Assembly: GCA_002633005.1 (NCBI GenBank)
Contig: NMRA01000270.1
Span: 270,345 to 334,344 of the forward strand
Direction: 5' to 3'
From: Phoronis australis
Taxonomy: Eukaryota; Animalia; Phoronida
DNA: 64,000 bases
Each line of letters begins with the position of its first letter. Positions within the stretch are counted from its first letter, which is position 1. The position numbers and the translations under genes are program-made. The notes below the pieces were generated by a model that was not told the origin of the DNA, ran no database searches, and was given only the letters and a program-made list of their open reading frames with translations. Of the stretch, positions 41,061 to 55,873 are shown in pieces.

Positions 41061-44000
41061 ATGGCTTGGATTAGGGAAAACAACCCGTCCTGGATTCACA
41101 GGCTCTGCACAAATGTACTCAAGTGCGGACCCATTCCTAAACATGTAGCCTTTATCATGGATGGAAACAGAAGGTTTGCAAAGAAGAACAGTATGGACAG
41201 AGCCCAGGGTCACTTGATGGGTTTTGACAAGCTATCGCAGGTTAGAGCAGATATGGCTTATGATTCTGTTCATTGATTTTTGTGCTCACATTTTGGCGTC
41301 GTTTTTCATCAGAGCACTTTGACAAATACCAGATTCCCTTAAATGTCGTAAATTGTGGGTTTAAGTTTTTGTCCGGGGTGCATTTGTAGATTACACGTCG
41401 CAAAGAACAAACAAATGAGCAACCAACAATGCAATGTGGGTAGATTACTCTGCATAACATTGCCAAAATAAAATTGGGACACAACATGGTGTTTTGACTG
41501 ATGTTGCTTTGTGTCTCAAAACAGGTAAATATGCGATGAAGATCCGCACCCATTAAGCTGTCAATTTTTAAATAGATTTTAAAATGTATCATCAGTTTCT
41601 GCATTACCTGATTTTAACCGGTCTAGTCATAGTATTTGGTGTTGGAGAAAATGATGGAACAAAATGTTTTTGACTACTCAGGTATGTAATGATTGCAGTT
41701 TTGTCGTGATGCCCCAGTATTTGCTATGACCCTATAAGAGCACCCTCCTGTCATACCAAATCCACTGGAACTCTAAGATCTTACCGCAAAAGGCATTGCT
41801 TGAAACTATGTCCTAACGCTCATCTCCATTTTCAGACGTTAGAATGGTGTTTAGACCTGGGAATCACTGAAGTCACTGTGTACGCGTTTAGTATTGAGAA
41901 CTTCAAGCGGTCCAAGGAAGAAGTAGATGGTTTAATGGAGTTGTCCAGGCAGAAGTTTGCACGTCTAATGCAGGAGAAGTGAGTTAAGCAATTCTGTTTT
42001 TCTTCAGATTTTAATAGTTAAAATGCCTTTATCTGAATGGTATTCGGTGTCCTCAATCCCTTGATTTTGGCGCCGAATATCGTCCCCATTCCCCTCTGAA
42101 AAATATTTAAAAATCATGCGAAATTCCCCTCATGAGGCCCAAAATTTCCCCCGAAGTGATAAAGAAATTGCCCTCGAGGTTCAAATCGCTCGTAACTCAG
42201 ACAGGTGATGATTTGAAACAGCACGAAATGTTTTGGTTACTTGAGGTAGATACTGTTAAGGCTAGCTAAAGGGGTGGTGCTGCTAGTGATGCTGACCGGG
42301 GGGGGAGGGTAGAATTTCCCCCTCACCCCAAAAAATCCACTCTCACAAGGCACAGATACTTTTCAACTCTGGTGAATGAAGGCCCTGGTACTGCATTTAT
42401 AGGTCAATTTAGGTTGAGGGGAGTATCTGCCCCCCCCCCTTCTGGACATGAGCAGTTTTAGTGCTATCGCTAAATTTTGTCTTTCTGAAATTGTTGAAGA
42501 TCCCCCTGGCTAGATCAGCTAGTGGCATCATTCAGTCTCTTGAGGATATCAAAATCATAGTTCACCGATGGCAGTGTCACATGTGTTACCTCGACTTCAT
42601 TGCTTCTGCTCCTTTTGTAAAACAAGAGCCAATTATACCTGAACAATTGGCCTGTTGTGGGGTTACTCTGAGTGATCTGACTATCGCTGCACCCTCTAGT
42701 GACAAACTGGCCTTTTTGGTTACTCTGAGCGATCCGACTACTGACACTCCCTCTCGTGGCAATTTTTATGTTTTGTTTCTGTATCTGCCAAGTCCCTGAA
42801 CAGATGTTTATAAAAATTGGCAGGTATGTCTAAGGTGGGGGATGTCATCTAACAAATTTTGAACATTTTCTACATGTGTGCCCCCTAGTGGCAGTTTTAT
42901 TTTTTGGTGTCCTACTCTGTATCTGCCAAAAGGTTTCGAGGATTATCATGTGAAATTTGATGGGAGTGTTCCTGTTGACGAGAGCATGGCTGAAGTGTAT
43001 TTTCAGCCGAAATCCTATGCGCCAGGAGGGCTTCCCTTGCTGTAAGGAAGGGCTGAAATAATCAATGTCTTTCAAGTTATCAAGTCATTATAGAGTAACA
43101 GCAATGACTCAAAGTGCAAAGCCCATTGGCATGGACGACTTCCAAACAGTTGATGTTACTTGCCTTGAACTGTAAGAATTTACTTGAGTTGTTAATGTCT
43201 TCTTTGCCTTTGAGAATAAGAAAACCTTATGATGAACCGTTCTACCACTCCTTAATGTGAGAACCTGGTTTGTGGAGAATATGCTAATTAGATGTTAGTG
43301 ATTAATTTGAAGGGGTTTGTTTCAGAGAAATGCTGGAAAAACACGGAGTATGTATACGGGTGCTAGGCAACTTGACCCTACTTCCTGTAGACATCCAACA
43401 GATGATAGCTGAAGCCGTAGTCATGACCAGACATCATAACAGGTACGTCTATTAACAACCATCTCTCTTCTTATCAGAATTAAGGTTATAAACTGGGTAA
43501 CTTGTGCCGATAGTAGTCTAATATATAATGTGCCAGCATTTTGAGAAACAGTTTTCTTCACTGAATAATGGGCATCAACTGGTTCTCAAAATGCGGACTC
43601 ATTATATCTCACTATTGCTCTTGTCCCGAAAAAATTCAAGCCTTCCCATAACATGATTGAAAGTGATTTCCAATGCAGACAGATCATTTAGGGCATTGGC
43701 TAGTAAACGCTATGTCGTTAATCCAGTAGTTTTGACACGGTAAGCGAATCATTCCAAAACTTTTCTGCTTCATGCTGATCCAAGATGATGTCTCAGTTGC
43801 TTTTGGTGGTATTAACTAGTTGTTGGCATAGCATGGCAAATTTTAAAACCAGTCTGAGTTGATCTGTGTTACTCCAAGATTTTCACGTTCCGGTTGTACA
43901 AAGGAGGAAATGTGTCTTTAAAGGGAAAAGCAAATGTTTTTTTTTGTCAACTTTGATGTGGCTAGAATATGAACCCCGTGTAATCTTGGTGTGACATGTT

Positions 44001-47000
44001 TAAGCATTCATTGCTGTTGCACTCACTCTTTGTAGCAATAGGAAAATGATGTTAACTCCTTGGCAAAAGGCTGGCACTTTGTTGTGTTTGCATTTACTTG
44101 CACTGAACTAATACAAGGACTGACACTGGCTGTGTTCAGTAAAGCAATAGAGTGAAACACTGTATTTTGTCGATGGAAATGAATGCACACACAAGATGCG
44201 GGCCTTTAGTGCATTTATCACTAATTTGTATGTATTTAGTAAAGATGTTGAGGGTTGCTTTCCCTTTCAAGGACCTGTTATTCAGCTACATAAAGGGCAA
44301 TGTTGTTATTATTGTATTGCCACTAATATGGTAGACCAAGTAATAAAAGCCTTTCTCAACTCCCTTTCTCTTTGAGCATTATATAGGTTTGGAATTTACA
44401 GAGTGGGCTTGAAGTCCAAATGGTCATTTTACAGTTTTGCTAAGAACACTTCATTTTGAACATAAAAAGCATAATTATAAGTTCTACCTTGCATATTACT
44501 CTTGTTGTTGTGCCTAAGACATTAAAAATGGACCAAATGTTTGATCATTGAACAACGTCAGTGACGGCATGAACAGAGTTATAGTAGGTAACACTCACTG
44601 AAAAGTCTGTTGATGATGTCACACCCACTGTGTCTGTTCTCTTGTTTGTAGTGATGGGGAAATGTAGTAGGCTTTATCATTAAATCTGCTGGCCCCAAGG
44701 TGTATTTGATAAAATGTTTGATTGAATGGTAATGAGTTCATGACCTCAACAGTTATGCTTTAAATGTAGTGTTGTGCGTGATTGTGTGGTGTTCAGGTCT
44801 TGTTTTGCATCAAGGTATAACTGAAATAATGGTCATCGTAATCACATGGGGGGGATTGTAAAGCACGTATATATTTACTTGGCAGGTAAATTGGTTTTGA
44901 ATTATCAGTTAAAATCTGGTTCCTGCAAATTTCTTTGACATTGGTAAAATTTCAAAAAGTTTGTGTCATGGAAAGAAAGATACTTTTTGATTTACTACTT
45001 GGACTATCTACCTGTCGAAGTAGTGTTTTGATTTACTGTACTGGTTGTGAAAACGGATTCGACTTGTTTTCTTTGCTTGTGCTCAAGGCTACTTGACTTT
45101 AGTACACTGCTTTATCAGTGGATAACCAGTAGTTGAACATTGGTAAACTGATAATCGATAATGATATTCTTGCTGATACGACCATGAACTAAAAATCTTT
45201 ATAAGTTTTTGTCTCGTACGTTAAACAAAGTGGCTAAAGACTTGTCAGTGGAACAACACAGCAAGTCAGTACTGACGTGACGTATTTGCTGTATTGGTCC
45301 TTGTACATCCCTGGTGACACGACTCATTGTTAAGCAGATGACAAAATAAAAATGGCTTGAAAATGCTTCTCTGTAGTGTTATGTTATGGTATTAAGATAA
45401 TATTCATATTTACCTCCTACCATATCTCATATCTTCATGTTCTTTGTGCAAAAATATTCCTAACTGAAAAATTTTATTTGGAAAAAATTCAGTTGACTAC
45501 CATAGCCTTGCTTGGGCTGCCTGGACCGATATAGCTTCAGATTGAACAGGACCTTTTGGTATTTTCCCGTCAATGACACGTTTTATTAGGCAGAAATGGA
45601 TACATTAAGTTTATAATCGCCAAGTAATTTTTATTTTGTTACTGTTGGTGTTAAATGCATTGTCGTGTAGCACTAGCATCATGGACTGGTGCTCAGTCCT
45701 ATTCGCCTGTGTTTCCTGTTTGCCTTTTCCAAGTATGGTAGCCGTATACTGAGCTTGCTGTGAATGTCTTGAAGTGTGGGTAATTGTTGAGGATTGGGGA
45801 AGATTTGTGAATGGCAGTGTTTTTGGAGATATTGTGGAATTGTTTCATATGGATAGGGTAGGGAAAATATAGCAGAAGGTTCCAAATGACACAAATTATA
45901 GTGCGAATGTTCTTTAACAACAGTCTGTATTAAAATGTACCAATTTTCTGAATGTGAGCTAATATGTAAGAATATTTGATAGACAGTATCAAAGTATTGT
46001 GTGCTGGTAGTTAGGTCGGATCTCTAAAATTCCTTGTGTTTTGAATTTACGGAAACCAAAAGGGTCGAAGAACACCATTGAATGCTATTGAAACTGACAT
46101 TGGAGAACATTTGCAGACGGATTAACCCAATGGCTTCGGACCCACACATGCAGCTGTTTCATGGCTATATGAAGGCTCACAGCTGTTTTGTAACTCTGAG
46201 CTGGTGTTCTCTTGTTGTATGTCCATTTAATATAGCGGCTTGCGTTTTGGAAATTGACATTATTTTTCACACACCTAGCATCAGTCCTATGATGTCAAAT
46301 TTTGGAAAATACTGGATTGCTCAGAGATATGTCACAGCTGGTATTGTGGCATGAGGACACTTGATCTATCTGGTGAACCTTTGACCTATATACCAGTAGA
46401 ACCCATGTTGAATAGGTGAACTCTGAATGGGGTTATTATCCTAGGTAGGTAAGTGGAGGGGGATTATTGCACATGTTTGTTCAGCATTGCACTGTGTGTT
46501 CAAGGTGAACTTTCAATGTGCTCAGTTCTGATAGACTGACCCGGCTTTACTGAGAATCCTATATTTCATTAACCTATATTAATCAATAGTATCATTTTTG
46601 GATACTGATACATAATTCCTATGTATCACATTATCATCATGTAATTGTTCTTCAAATTCATAAAAACTGCTACTAAAGACAACTTAGTTCACAAGAGTTT
46701 GTGTCTAGAGAGCTAAGCTACAGAAAAAATACCAAAAATAAATTCAAAAGGCACTCCATCTCATTCCTAGCTGACTGCAGATAATGTCTTTCTGTATTCC
46801 CAATGGTAATGACATTTCTCTAGCTTCGATGATAACATGTTCACTAGCTGACTTGTTCATTAGCTTGGAAGCAAAGCTGTAGCAGTATTTAGCTGTATAT
46901 ATCTGTTTGTGACATTTCCTGTATCATTCTACCACTAGAAAGGTTCTCTTATAAATGAACAAGAATAAATAGATAAATAATAGGTCCGTTTTTTGCTTCC

Positions 47001-48348
47001 AGGGCAACCCTAAATGTCTGTTTTGCATACACATCTCGTGAAGAAATTTGCCATTCCATGAAAGAGGTTATAGAAGGTGTGCAGTGTGGAATATTGAAAC
47101 TCAGGTAATTTCAGTGTATTCAGGAATGTGAAATGAATGTGAAATGTGTTAAAGGTCGCCCGTAGTTGGGGGTGTTTCATGTTCTGTTGTCGTTTTTGAA
47201 TGCATCGTGTTACAGTTGCTGTCTCGTGACACCACAGATAATTGGGGGACACTTAAGCTGGTTTTATAATTTGCCTTTTAGGTGGTGAGATTTGACTTGG
47301 GCATGTTTGAATGGCACGTGACTTGAGAATTTTTCCTGCAAAGATTTGCTTATCAAAATGTGTTTTTCGATACACTTTGATGCCAACATTCAATCTTTCA
47401 GTTATGTTTAATAATTCCTGCGTACTTAGTCTTACTTTAACCAAAAACATGCTTTCAACTCTGGTGTGCTTAAGTAACAAATGTTGTTTTTTATCATATT
47501 GTGCATACGTTAATAGATGTGATGTCACCGGGTGTTTATGAGCCGCTAACTGTCCCACGATGCATTGGATGGACAAGAGCAGGGCTGTAGATATACTCCC
47601 CCAGTTTGGGCAGATATTTGTCATAAAACTCATTGCTGTGTTGTGGGTTACAGAAGAGAAGGACTTACTTTGTCTTTACTGTTCTGTTGTACCAAGTGGC
47701 GCCTCATGGTTGATTTAGTGCTGTTTACGCTACAAAAGTTGACACGGATCAGCTGACATAGAACGAGTTGTTCCAGCGGTTGGTTGGCTATACTTGGTTT
47801 CATATTCCAATAAAAGATAATACATAGTTCTCTTCTGATATGCAATCTATCTTAACTGTTCTTTTGCATTTGCCAACCAGCCATAACCAAAATACCAATT
47901 ACAGTCAGTTAACAGCTGAATAAATAGTATAAAAAAATATTCTTTTGTTCAGGCTAAAATGCAAAGATCACGACATTACAACTATACAGTAAATCCGGCT
48001 TGAAGTACAACAATTTATTTTATTATTTAAAATGAGGGTAGCCTCTTCAGTGACAGCATTGCTTTTCAAAAGGGCAATCAACAACAGCCATAAAGTAGTA
48101 TAACAATAATCAGATACAGGTAACAAAGCAGCAATTAAAAACAGGTTGAGAATGAAACTTTGACCAAGAGAAATGAAAGAAGGAGATGATTCTAAATAGT
48201 GAGAGCAAGTACAATAATGAAAAATGACGGTATTTAAGAAAGGCAAGGTGTAAGAATAGGTATGTAAATTACAGCCACTTTTTAACATTAAGTTTGACTA
48301 TTTATTGAATTGGGCCATTTAATTTCTGGGCTAAGAGAGTTCCATACT

Positions 48349-48379
<31 letters not shown>

Positions 48380-51300
48380 TAAAAGATCTCTTGCTGATCT
48401 TCGATTAAATTTTTTTAAAAGAAACATTACCAGTAATGGAAGAACGTGTGAAGTATATAGTTTGACTGCTGCTGAATTTGTGGCCGAGATATGTTGGAGC
48501 CAAGCCGTTGACACTTCTGTTTCCTACAACAGAAAGATAGATATTTATTTCTTATTACTTTAACACAGTGTGAAACTTCAGATTGCATCAACATCAGAAT
48601 TACTTAATAATCACTGAAACAAGTTTACGTTAACACCAGCATGGTATGTACAGACTGTACAATAAGTCTAAACATCAGTGTATATTACAAAACAAACAGC
48701 AGCAAGTCATTGGCCTGGTCCACAACATTAGAAATGAACCTGAGGGTCACACCAAAAAGAAATGAGCAAAGCATGATATAAAAAATAAGCCTGGCAACTG
48801 CTTCACGACACTCAACTATTGATAATGATTGTAAAAATACAAGGGGAATTTAAGAGCATGGCAGAACCCCTATTCAAAACAATATCAAATGGCGCTTGGA
48901 GATGTCCCACCTACACCTCAGTGCAAAATATAAAAAAGTCTGCAGATTCTCTTATGAGTAGTCACACCAACGACATTGTGTGACATGCAGACAGACCTTC
49001 GTGAATACTTTGACTCTCTTAACATGCTGTGGGGACAAAAAATCATGCCAACGACATTGTGTGACATACAGATTGACTGCCACAAGTTTGGAATTAAAAC
49101 TGTAAATTTCGAAAAAATGAATGCAAAAAATCACATAGCTTTCATTTACAAAACTGAAGCAAAATTTAAATAACGATGTTCATATACCACTTCTCTATAG
49201 CACAGCTCAAAACTAGCACCAAGCAAACACCAAGGCACTGCGCAACCGGCAGTGGTATATATCGTACCTACATTTTGAGAACCAGTTTTATCCAGCGAAC
49301 AAACTACATCAAACTGGTTCTCAGAATTTGGCATGTTATATAGGACTATTTCATGGGATGCGGCAATTAACCCTTCAGACATTCGCACCCCCGAACTGCC
49401 AAATGGAAGCTGGGAGAATTTTATGGGGGGGGGGCATGGCCCCTTTGGCCCCCCTCTAAATTCGCCACTGACATCTATATACTTTGTGTACTGTACAATA
49501 TTTTAAATACATTCTTAGTTTTCACTTTAAACTGAAGATTATCTGATTACCGTACTTTGTGTTACGGCAGGGTCAAATGTCTGGAAAGAAATTTGTACTG
49601 CCTAGGGGAAGAATCCCACAGCCGCACACCTTAATTGCCTACTAAAATCTGACAGGTGACAGAAATTCTGCTTGAAGCTTTGAACACGGTCTTTTCAAGA
49701 AGTATTCCTGTCTCTCAGTGCGATGAACACTCGATCAGTTCAATCTTAGGTGTAGCTATTTCCCCTCAGCGTTTTCTACTAGCTGCTACCCGTGCTTTCG
49801 GATTTGCGTTTTATTGCAACAAATTGATTATGGTGTATTTCGGCCTTTTGGTTGGAAATTATAAGTTGCCTCATGGTGACGAATCACAACATACCCTCTG
49901 TAAATTCTTACGCTCTGCTCTTACACAAGATGGTAAATTTTTATATCATTAAAAACTTCACTTTCTGGCCTAGAAAGAAAATTCAAAGTTCTAAAATGCT
50001 TAGTTTTTTGCGAGAAATTCGGTTAAGCACTTTTAGCAGGTACATTTTTTAAATATTAGTTTTTTTGCCAACAGTCGACAGGCACATAGCTTTATGGCAT
50101 AATGAAGTGTCATTAAAGGATTACGTATGTGACCGTGCAGCCCAAGCAACTGGACTGAATTCAATGGGCTATTGTGTTCGCATTAGCCAACTCCAACCAT
50201 CGGACGATCGTTGTCCGATGGTCAATTTTTAGTTGGGCAGGGTCCGTCATGGAGAACAGTTGGAATCTTGACTTTACTTAAGCAGCATCTTGTGTCTTGT
50301 GAAAGTTTATTGTAGTTTATATGTTCCCAGATGTATATATATATATGTGTGCATATTGCAGTTGTAGGTGCATTTCAGTACTTTGTGATACTGTTGTTAA
50401 TCCGTACTCTTTAGTATACATTTACTGTACTGTATTAGGATATATCCGTGGTCTAAAAATACTACTTAAGAGCATGTTATGTACTTAAATCAGAGTCAAC
50501 TCGTACACTGTCTCGGCAGTACGAATTAGTGTTCTGGATTGGCCAATTGGCCAGATATGTCATGCGATTAAAATACGTACGTCTCCTGTCATTGTAGTGA
50601 CATATCCGAAGATCTTCTCAATAAGGGCCTATACAGCTGGCCGTCACCTCACCCCGACCTACTACTAAGGACATCTGGTGAGGTACGCCTGAGTGACTTC
50701 CTCTTATGGCAGGTGAGTCATTGTGTTAACATTGCTTACATGACAAACATATGCTCTTCCAAGAAGACATGTTAATAAAGCAGTTGTTTAGTATGTTTCC
50801 AGGAATTTTGATTATTTTAAGGTGATGTTTATTTATTCAATAATACACAGAACATACAAGGAATATAATGTCAACTCAGAAATTGTGAGGCGTTATATCT
50901 GGGTTGTAGACAGTACATAGATGAAAGTAGTATACATAGAATTATATACTGTAAACTCGCGAGTTAATGTCCATGCCCGAGTAATTACCCAGCCCCGACT
51001 TACCAAATTTCGATGTAAGTGCCCACTGCACGGGAAATCGCCCATCACCTACTTTGCACAAATTTCAGCTTCTCAGGTAATCGTCCATCCCCAACTTACC
51101 ACTTATTGAACTTGTGCTTAAACTTGTGCTTTTGTTCTCAGCTTTGCCTGGGGCAGGAAACACGGCATGCTTGGGTATGATATATGATAGTCTTGAAAAG
51201 TGCATTTTTAGCCAGCATTTGTGGAATACCTTAAGTTCTACTACTACCTTTTCTGGTCTTTTGTTAAATTAATTTGGCCAAAAATGTAGATGACACTTTT

Positions 51301-53500
51301 CTACTATGAGATTAGTCATCATTTACAAATTATCTCGATCAGACTGTGAAGTTATTCGCGTACAGATTGCATGCAGATATCTCCCAGGTTGACCCAGATT
51401 TGAATTGAGCAATTAATCACTCACCCCTCTCGTTGCAATTGCAAAGTTTAGGTTGGCGCTCGAACAAATCAACTGTGTCGGGAAGAAATGAAATGTAGTC
51501 ACGTTCACTGATCTGAAACAGTACTTGCTGACATGGAAGTGGACTGCCATTCGAGTTTCATAAAGTTCCACCATATGACATTTTGCAGCGTGCTTTTATA
51601 TTTGAAAACATCCGAGTTTTTAGTTACGGTCTTGCGAAATCACCCTTTCAAAGTCGAAATCCCGTTTCCGTTTGAGCCGTGACAAACTTAGTGGTTGTCG
51701 GGTTCTGCTAATTGACCAAGTTCCGTGCTCGAATGGACTCGCCCAGTTCAGCTAAAATTTGGATGTAAGCGGCCACTGCTTGAGTAATCGCACACCCTCG
51801 ACTTTTGCCAATTGACGGTTTAAGCGCCCACTGCTTGGGTAATCGCCCACCCCCTTGTCTCAGGATTTCCCAATTTAAGCACCCAGGGTGTTAACCTGCG
51901 AGTTTATGGTAAATAGTATCTAATATAAGTATTCAAATATGTTATGCTGTCACAAAAAACGGATTATACAGATATGGAAATCAGAAGTAACAAGATTTAT
52001 AAGCAAGCATAAGAATTTAATAACACTATTTAATTTTGATTTGTATCTTATACACTGTTCTGAAATGAGGGCTACTGTTTTTCCATTTTTAATTGGTTTC
52101 CTTTTTACAGAGCGCATTTTCTGTTCTCTCCTTTATGGAGGTTCTGTGGCCGGAGTTTAGTCGTTGGCATCTCTATGCGGGGGTACTTCATTACCAAAGA
52201 AACTATCAAGGCGTTAAGGTAGGTTGAATAAATAGGACTAAGTGTAGATTCACCTGAAAGAGCTGAGTAAGTGACTAGTTTAGCTGACATCTGAGCGAAA
52301 AAGTTTCAAAAAGAAATTTGTCACACCTTATGATAAAGAGAGGGAGCTCGAATAATTTGGTGTGAATTATTCTTTAGATCCAGTTTTACATCTTGTTGTC
52401 GGTAATGACTTTTATTTTGTATTTATACATGGCTTGTTGTAGCTTGACGTTTTAACTAAAAATAGCATAATGATGGGACTTTAAAAAATTAAGCTGAAAA
52501 TAAGACAGCTTTAAAGTGAGATGGATTTGTTTCAATAATGGTGATGCGAGTGGGCAGTGGTTCACACTATTCCAGGTGATGGAAGCATATATTAACTTCT
52601 GACATTACCTAAAATTATGATACTGTTGTTATTTATGGCCTGTTACTTGTCCTTCACAAATGCATGTGGGTCATACTGGCCATAGTTTGCAGTTTTATCA
52701 GTTGAAACCGTGATGTCAAATTCTGTGTGTGTTTAATTTTGATTAACTGATGTGCCTGAAATTAATGAAGCATTGTGGTCTGCATTAGTCTCTTCATCAT
52801 CGCATTCACACATGTTGCAGGTTACTGTGTTAAATACAAGATTCTAGAATGGAGCCACTCTCCTCTCTTAGCTTGAAGAAAGCTGATTCGGGAAATAATC
52901 GCTATACTCTGTGATATTATTTTTGAATTATTTTTTAACTTCTACTATGCATCGAGTCAATTTATTTAACATCAAGCTGTAGGTTGCAATTTATTTTTAC
53001 GTGTGGAGAAGTATCCTTTGGAAGCGAACTCAAGGAGTTAACAAGAAATATTGGCTGACCACTTCTAAATGCATGAGAAAAAGATGATACATTTAAACTA
53101 CATTTAAACTTGGGCGGAATTGGGGAGGGAGAGGGATTCTAGGAAGGATTCTTTGCTTATAGAAATATTTCGAATTCTCTACTCAGTACTTCGAGCCAAT
53201 ATGTGTTTGTAAAATGTTAAATTAACTCGAATCTGACATTTCTTTTGTCTCGTATTGTAGGATGCCGAACAAAAACATATCGACCTGGCTGATCGTCTGC
53301 AGAGTGAGTCGGACTTCAAATGTGTAATAGCAGATCACAGTCACTTGGCCGATAATCCCAAAGACATACAGGAAAAAATGGCCCAATATAAACAAAACAG
53401 GGAGCAGAGAATAAACAACTTCATTCAACATCTGCAGCAGAAACAGAACAAGTATTTTGAAAGTCTTTGTTCTAGTGAACATGCCGTCACAGTTACTTGA
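41061..53500 (+). CDS. DHDDS: Dehydrodolichyl diphosphate synthase (cis-prenyltransferase), 7 coding exons
   Basis: Exons 41061-41240 ([15 protein letters not shown]), 41836-41978 ([14 protein letters not shown]), 43326-43442 ([10 protein letters not shown]), 47003-47104 ([13 protein letters not shown]), 50598-50712 ([20 protein letters not shown]), 52111-52218 (VLWPEFS), 53261-53500 (stop TGA). All flanked by AG/GT and in frame. Confidence 0.95.
48348..48378 (+). repeat. (CAG)n microsatellite, intronic
   Basis: About 10 gca/cag units. Confidence 0.9.
50947..51911. mobile_element. Tc1/mariner-pogo-like non-autonomous element (TA ends)
   Basis: TACTGTAAACTCGCGAGTTAA ... TTAACCTGCGAGTTTATGGTA imperfect terminal inverted repeats; internal repeats of AAGCG.CCACTGCTTG.GTAATCGC. 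Confidence 0.65.
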
Positions 53501-54440
53501 CAAGAGGAAGCAATAGATGTCTGTGTGTACAAGTGTTGCTGATGATAACGAGAATTTCTGAAACTAGGCTAACAAAAATTTCAGCTTTTGGATAAATCTA
53601 TTCAGAGAACACCTCTGGACAAAGCGATGTAGGAACTGGCAGAATTTAACAAAATCTAGGGTTTAACGATTTGTAAGAAGTTTGTAAAACTCGCAGTTTC
53701 ATATTCACATTCTATTTATACTGGTTTCCTCCATTGTGCCAAGCTTTCTTTTCCGCTCGACACGATCACAAAAATTAAAGTAATCCATAATTGTTACTTT
53801 GGCTTGGCATATCTACAAGGGTGCAGGTCCACTACCACACGAGTTCATTAATCATACCTGTGACTTGTATTGGGAGATATTTGTCATAATTATAATTTAC
53901 GTCTTGTAACAGTGTACAAGCCTGGTGAGAGACGCAACACGTTCGACATGTTTATATACACGATATCTACCCACCTTTTAATTGCATGGTTTTATTTGGC
54001 ATTTCTTGTTCTTTAATTTCCTGTTCCAGATCCCCTGGCCAAAAGTATGACCCGGTTTGCTCTTGGGCATTATAAAGTCTCTAAACATACCATTTTCCCA
54101 AAAACCTAGATAAAGATTTTATTGTCGGGACATTACAAACCAGTGCTATTTAGATCGACAAGTTACAAATTTTAAAATTAAAATTGTGGATTACTTTCAG
54201 AAATACCTCAATTTGGTGCATTTATGAAGTTCAAGTAGTTTTATTACCAGTTGTTGGGACTGTGTGTCCATTTTCCTGGCTTGAGTAAAGTTATTTTGTA
54301 TGGCTTGCATACTTGTTAATGATATTGGAATTTATTGTATTTGTTTTCTTGGGTAGCAAGCACTTGATACAGGGTTTGTATATGTGCTGATGGTTTAAAT
54401 AAACTATTTATTGAACATTTTGAACTTTTATAGCACTGAC

Positions 54441-54513
54441 CAGTGGCGGATTTAGAGGGGGCCAAGGGGGCGGCCAAAATCCCCCCTAACTCAAAATCCT
54501 GGATCCGCCCCTG
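54441..54513. mobile_element. 73-bp MITE CAGTGGCGGAT...ATCCGCCCCTG with 5-bp TSD; partial copy at ~49425-49470
   Basis: CTGAC direct repeat at 54436-54440 and 54514-54518. Confidence 0.75.
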
Positions 54514-55873
54514 CTGACCAACTCTGAAGTTGGCACTCCCCAGCTTGCATTGAATATCATTTACAAGTTTAGGTGGGTTCAGCCTGCACGGCAGTGTTAC
54601 CAAATAGAATTTAAAGAACAATGCTGCATTTTTGCTATCACATCTTTTTCTTTTAAATGCAACGAAACGAAATGAGCTGTGGCTGGATGGAGCTAGAGTA
54701 CTTTGTAGACAGCGCCACCTATTGTTCACTGATGTCTTCGGTAGTCACTATGCAGTGCTACTTTTCAGAATTTTTGTAACTTTGAAGTCGTTGCGTCATT
54801 ATGCTGTCATATCATTGTAATATTCAAATGATTCGTGCACATGACAAAGTTGCCAGTGAAAACAAGAAACTTCAATTCCATCTTTGTCGGCAAGACTCGT
54901 CTAGCTTTCATACTCTTGTTGCCAATGATTCGTCGTATGTTTGTGATTGGCCAAATAAATACGAGTCTGACTGCTTGGCCTGCTTAAAGACGCACGTCTT
55001 CAAAAGTTGAACTGTACCTACATTCAAATATACCACAAACCAAGGTTCAGAGACTTGTTTTACTCAGTTACAAGCAATTCTCAAGATAACAAAACATTCT
55101 ACAAACTGAGTGTGGTGTTGCAATTGAAAAGTATTTCTTTTTTTAACACAACTACAATGGCTGAGGCCTATGGCAGAACCTATTCACTCATGATATGCCT
55201 TTTGCAAAAAAATTGTGAGACATGGTAATGGTCTGATATAATGTGCCCGAATTTTGAGAACCAGTTTTCCCCACTAAATAACGAGCATCAAACTGGTTCT
55301 CAAAATGCGGACACGTTATATTGGACTATTGCCCAGAGACACATCAACTAAAACAAGTTTGTGATTAAGCATTTAAAAGGAGCAGGTAAAAGGACAAACT
55401 AATTAAATTAATTTCTCTGTTACGTAACATTCCTAAGGGAAGATTTATAATAAACCTGCAGTGCAAAAAAGACTGCACAATTTAAACCTGCTGTGAACCC
55501 ACCTGCTGTAAAAAAAATACGTCAAACACTTGAAGTAACAAAACTGACCTCAAATTGTTCCTCCTTGTGAATTGAGGATTTGGAAAGAAGGAAAAGGACC
55601 ACCAATTTGATATTGCTGGAGACGAGGCTCAATAAGTTGGTTTCATCTGGCGGGTCACTTTAAGTGTATGCGAATGGACTCGAACAGTAGCCGTCAGTTC
55701 TTACGAAGTCCAGAATTAAATTACAAAATAAGCGAAGAGCAAGTTGAGCCAGACACTTGGTAAACTTCCTTAATTTGAAATTGGTCTTACTAAAAGAAGG
55801 TAGACTCCCAGCAGCATAAGGGTCAACACTCGCATCATAAATCTATTTCAATATGTATACACCAACTATGAAC

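Noticed and set aside
43610-45670. Partial matches to conserved miRNAs (miR-92, miR-31, miR-317, miR-277-like words)
   Set aside because: Only 10-12 nt match, no full mature sequence and no convincing precursor.
48302-48514. Poly-Leu ORF
   Set aside because: Produced by the CAG/CTG microsatellite; no other coding signal.
53011-53019. GTATCCTTT U12-type donor motif
   Set aside because: Lies inside DHDDS intron 6; the gene model is complete without it.
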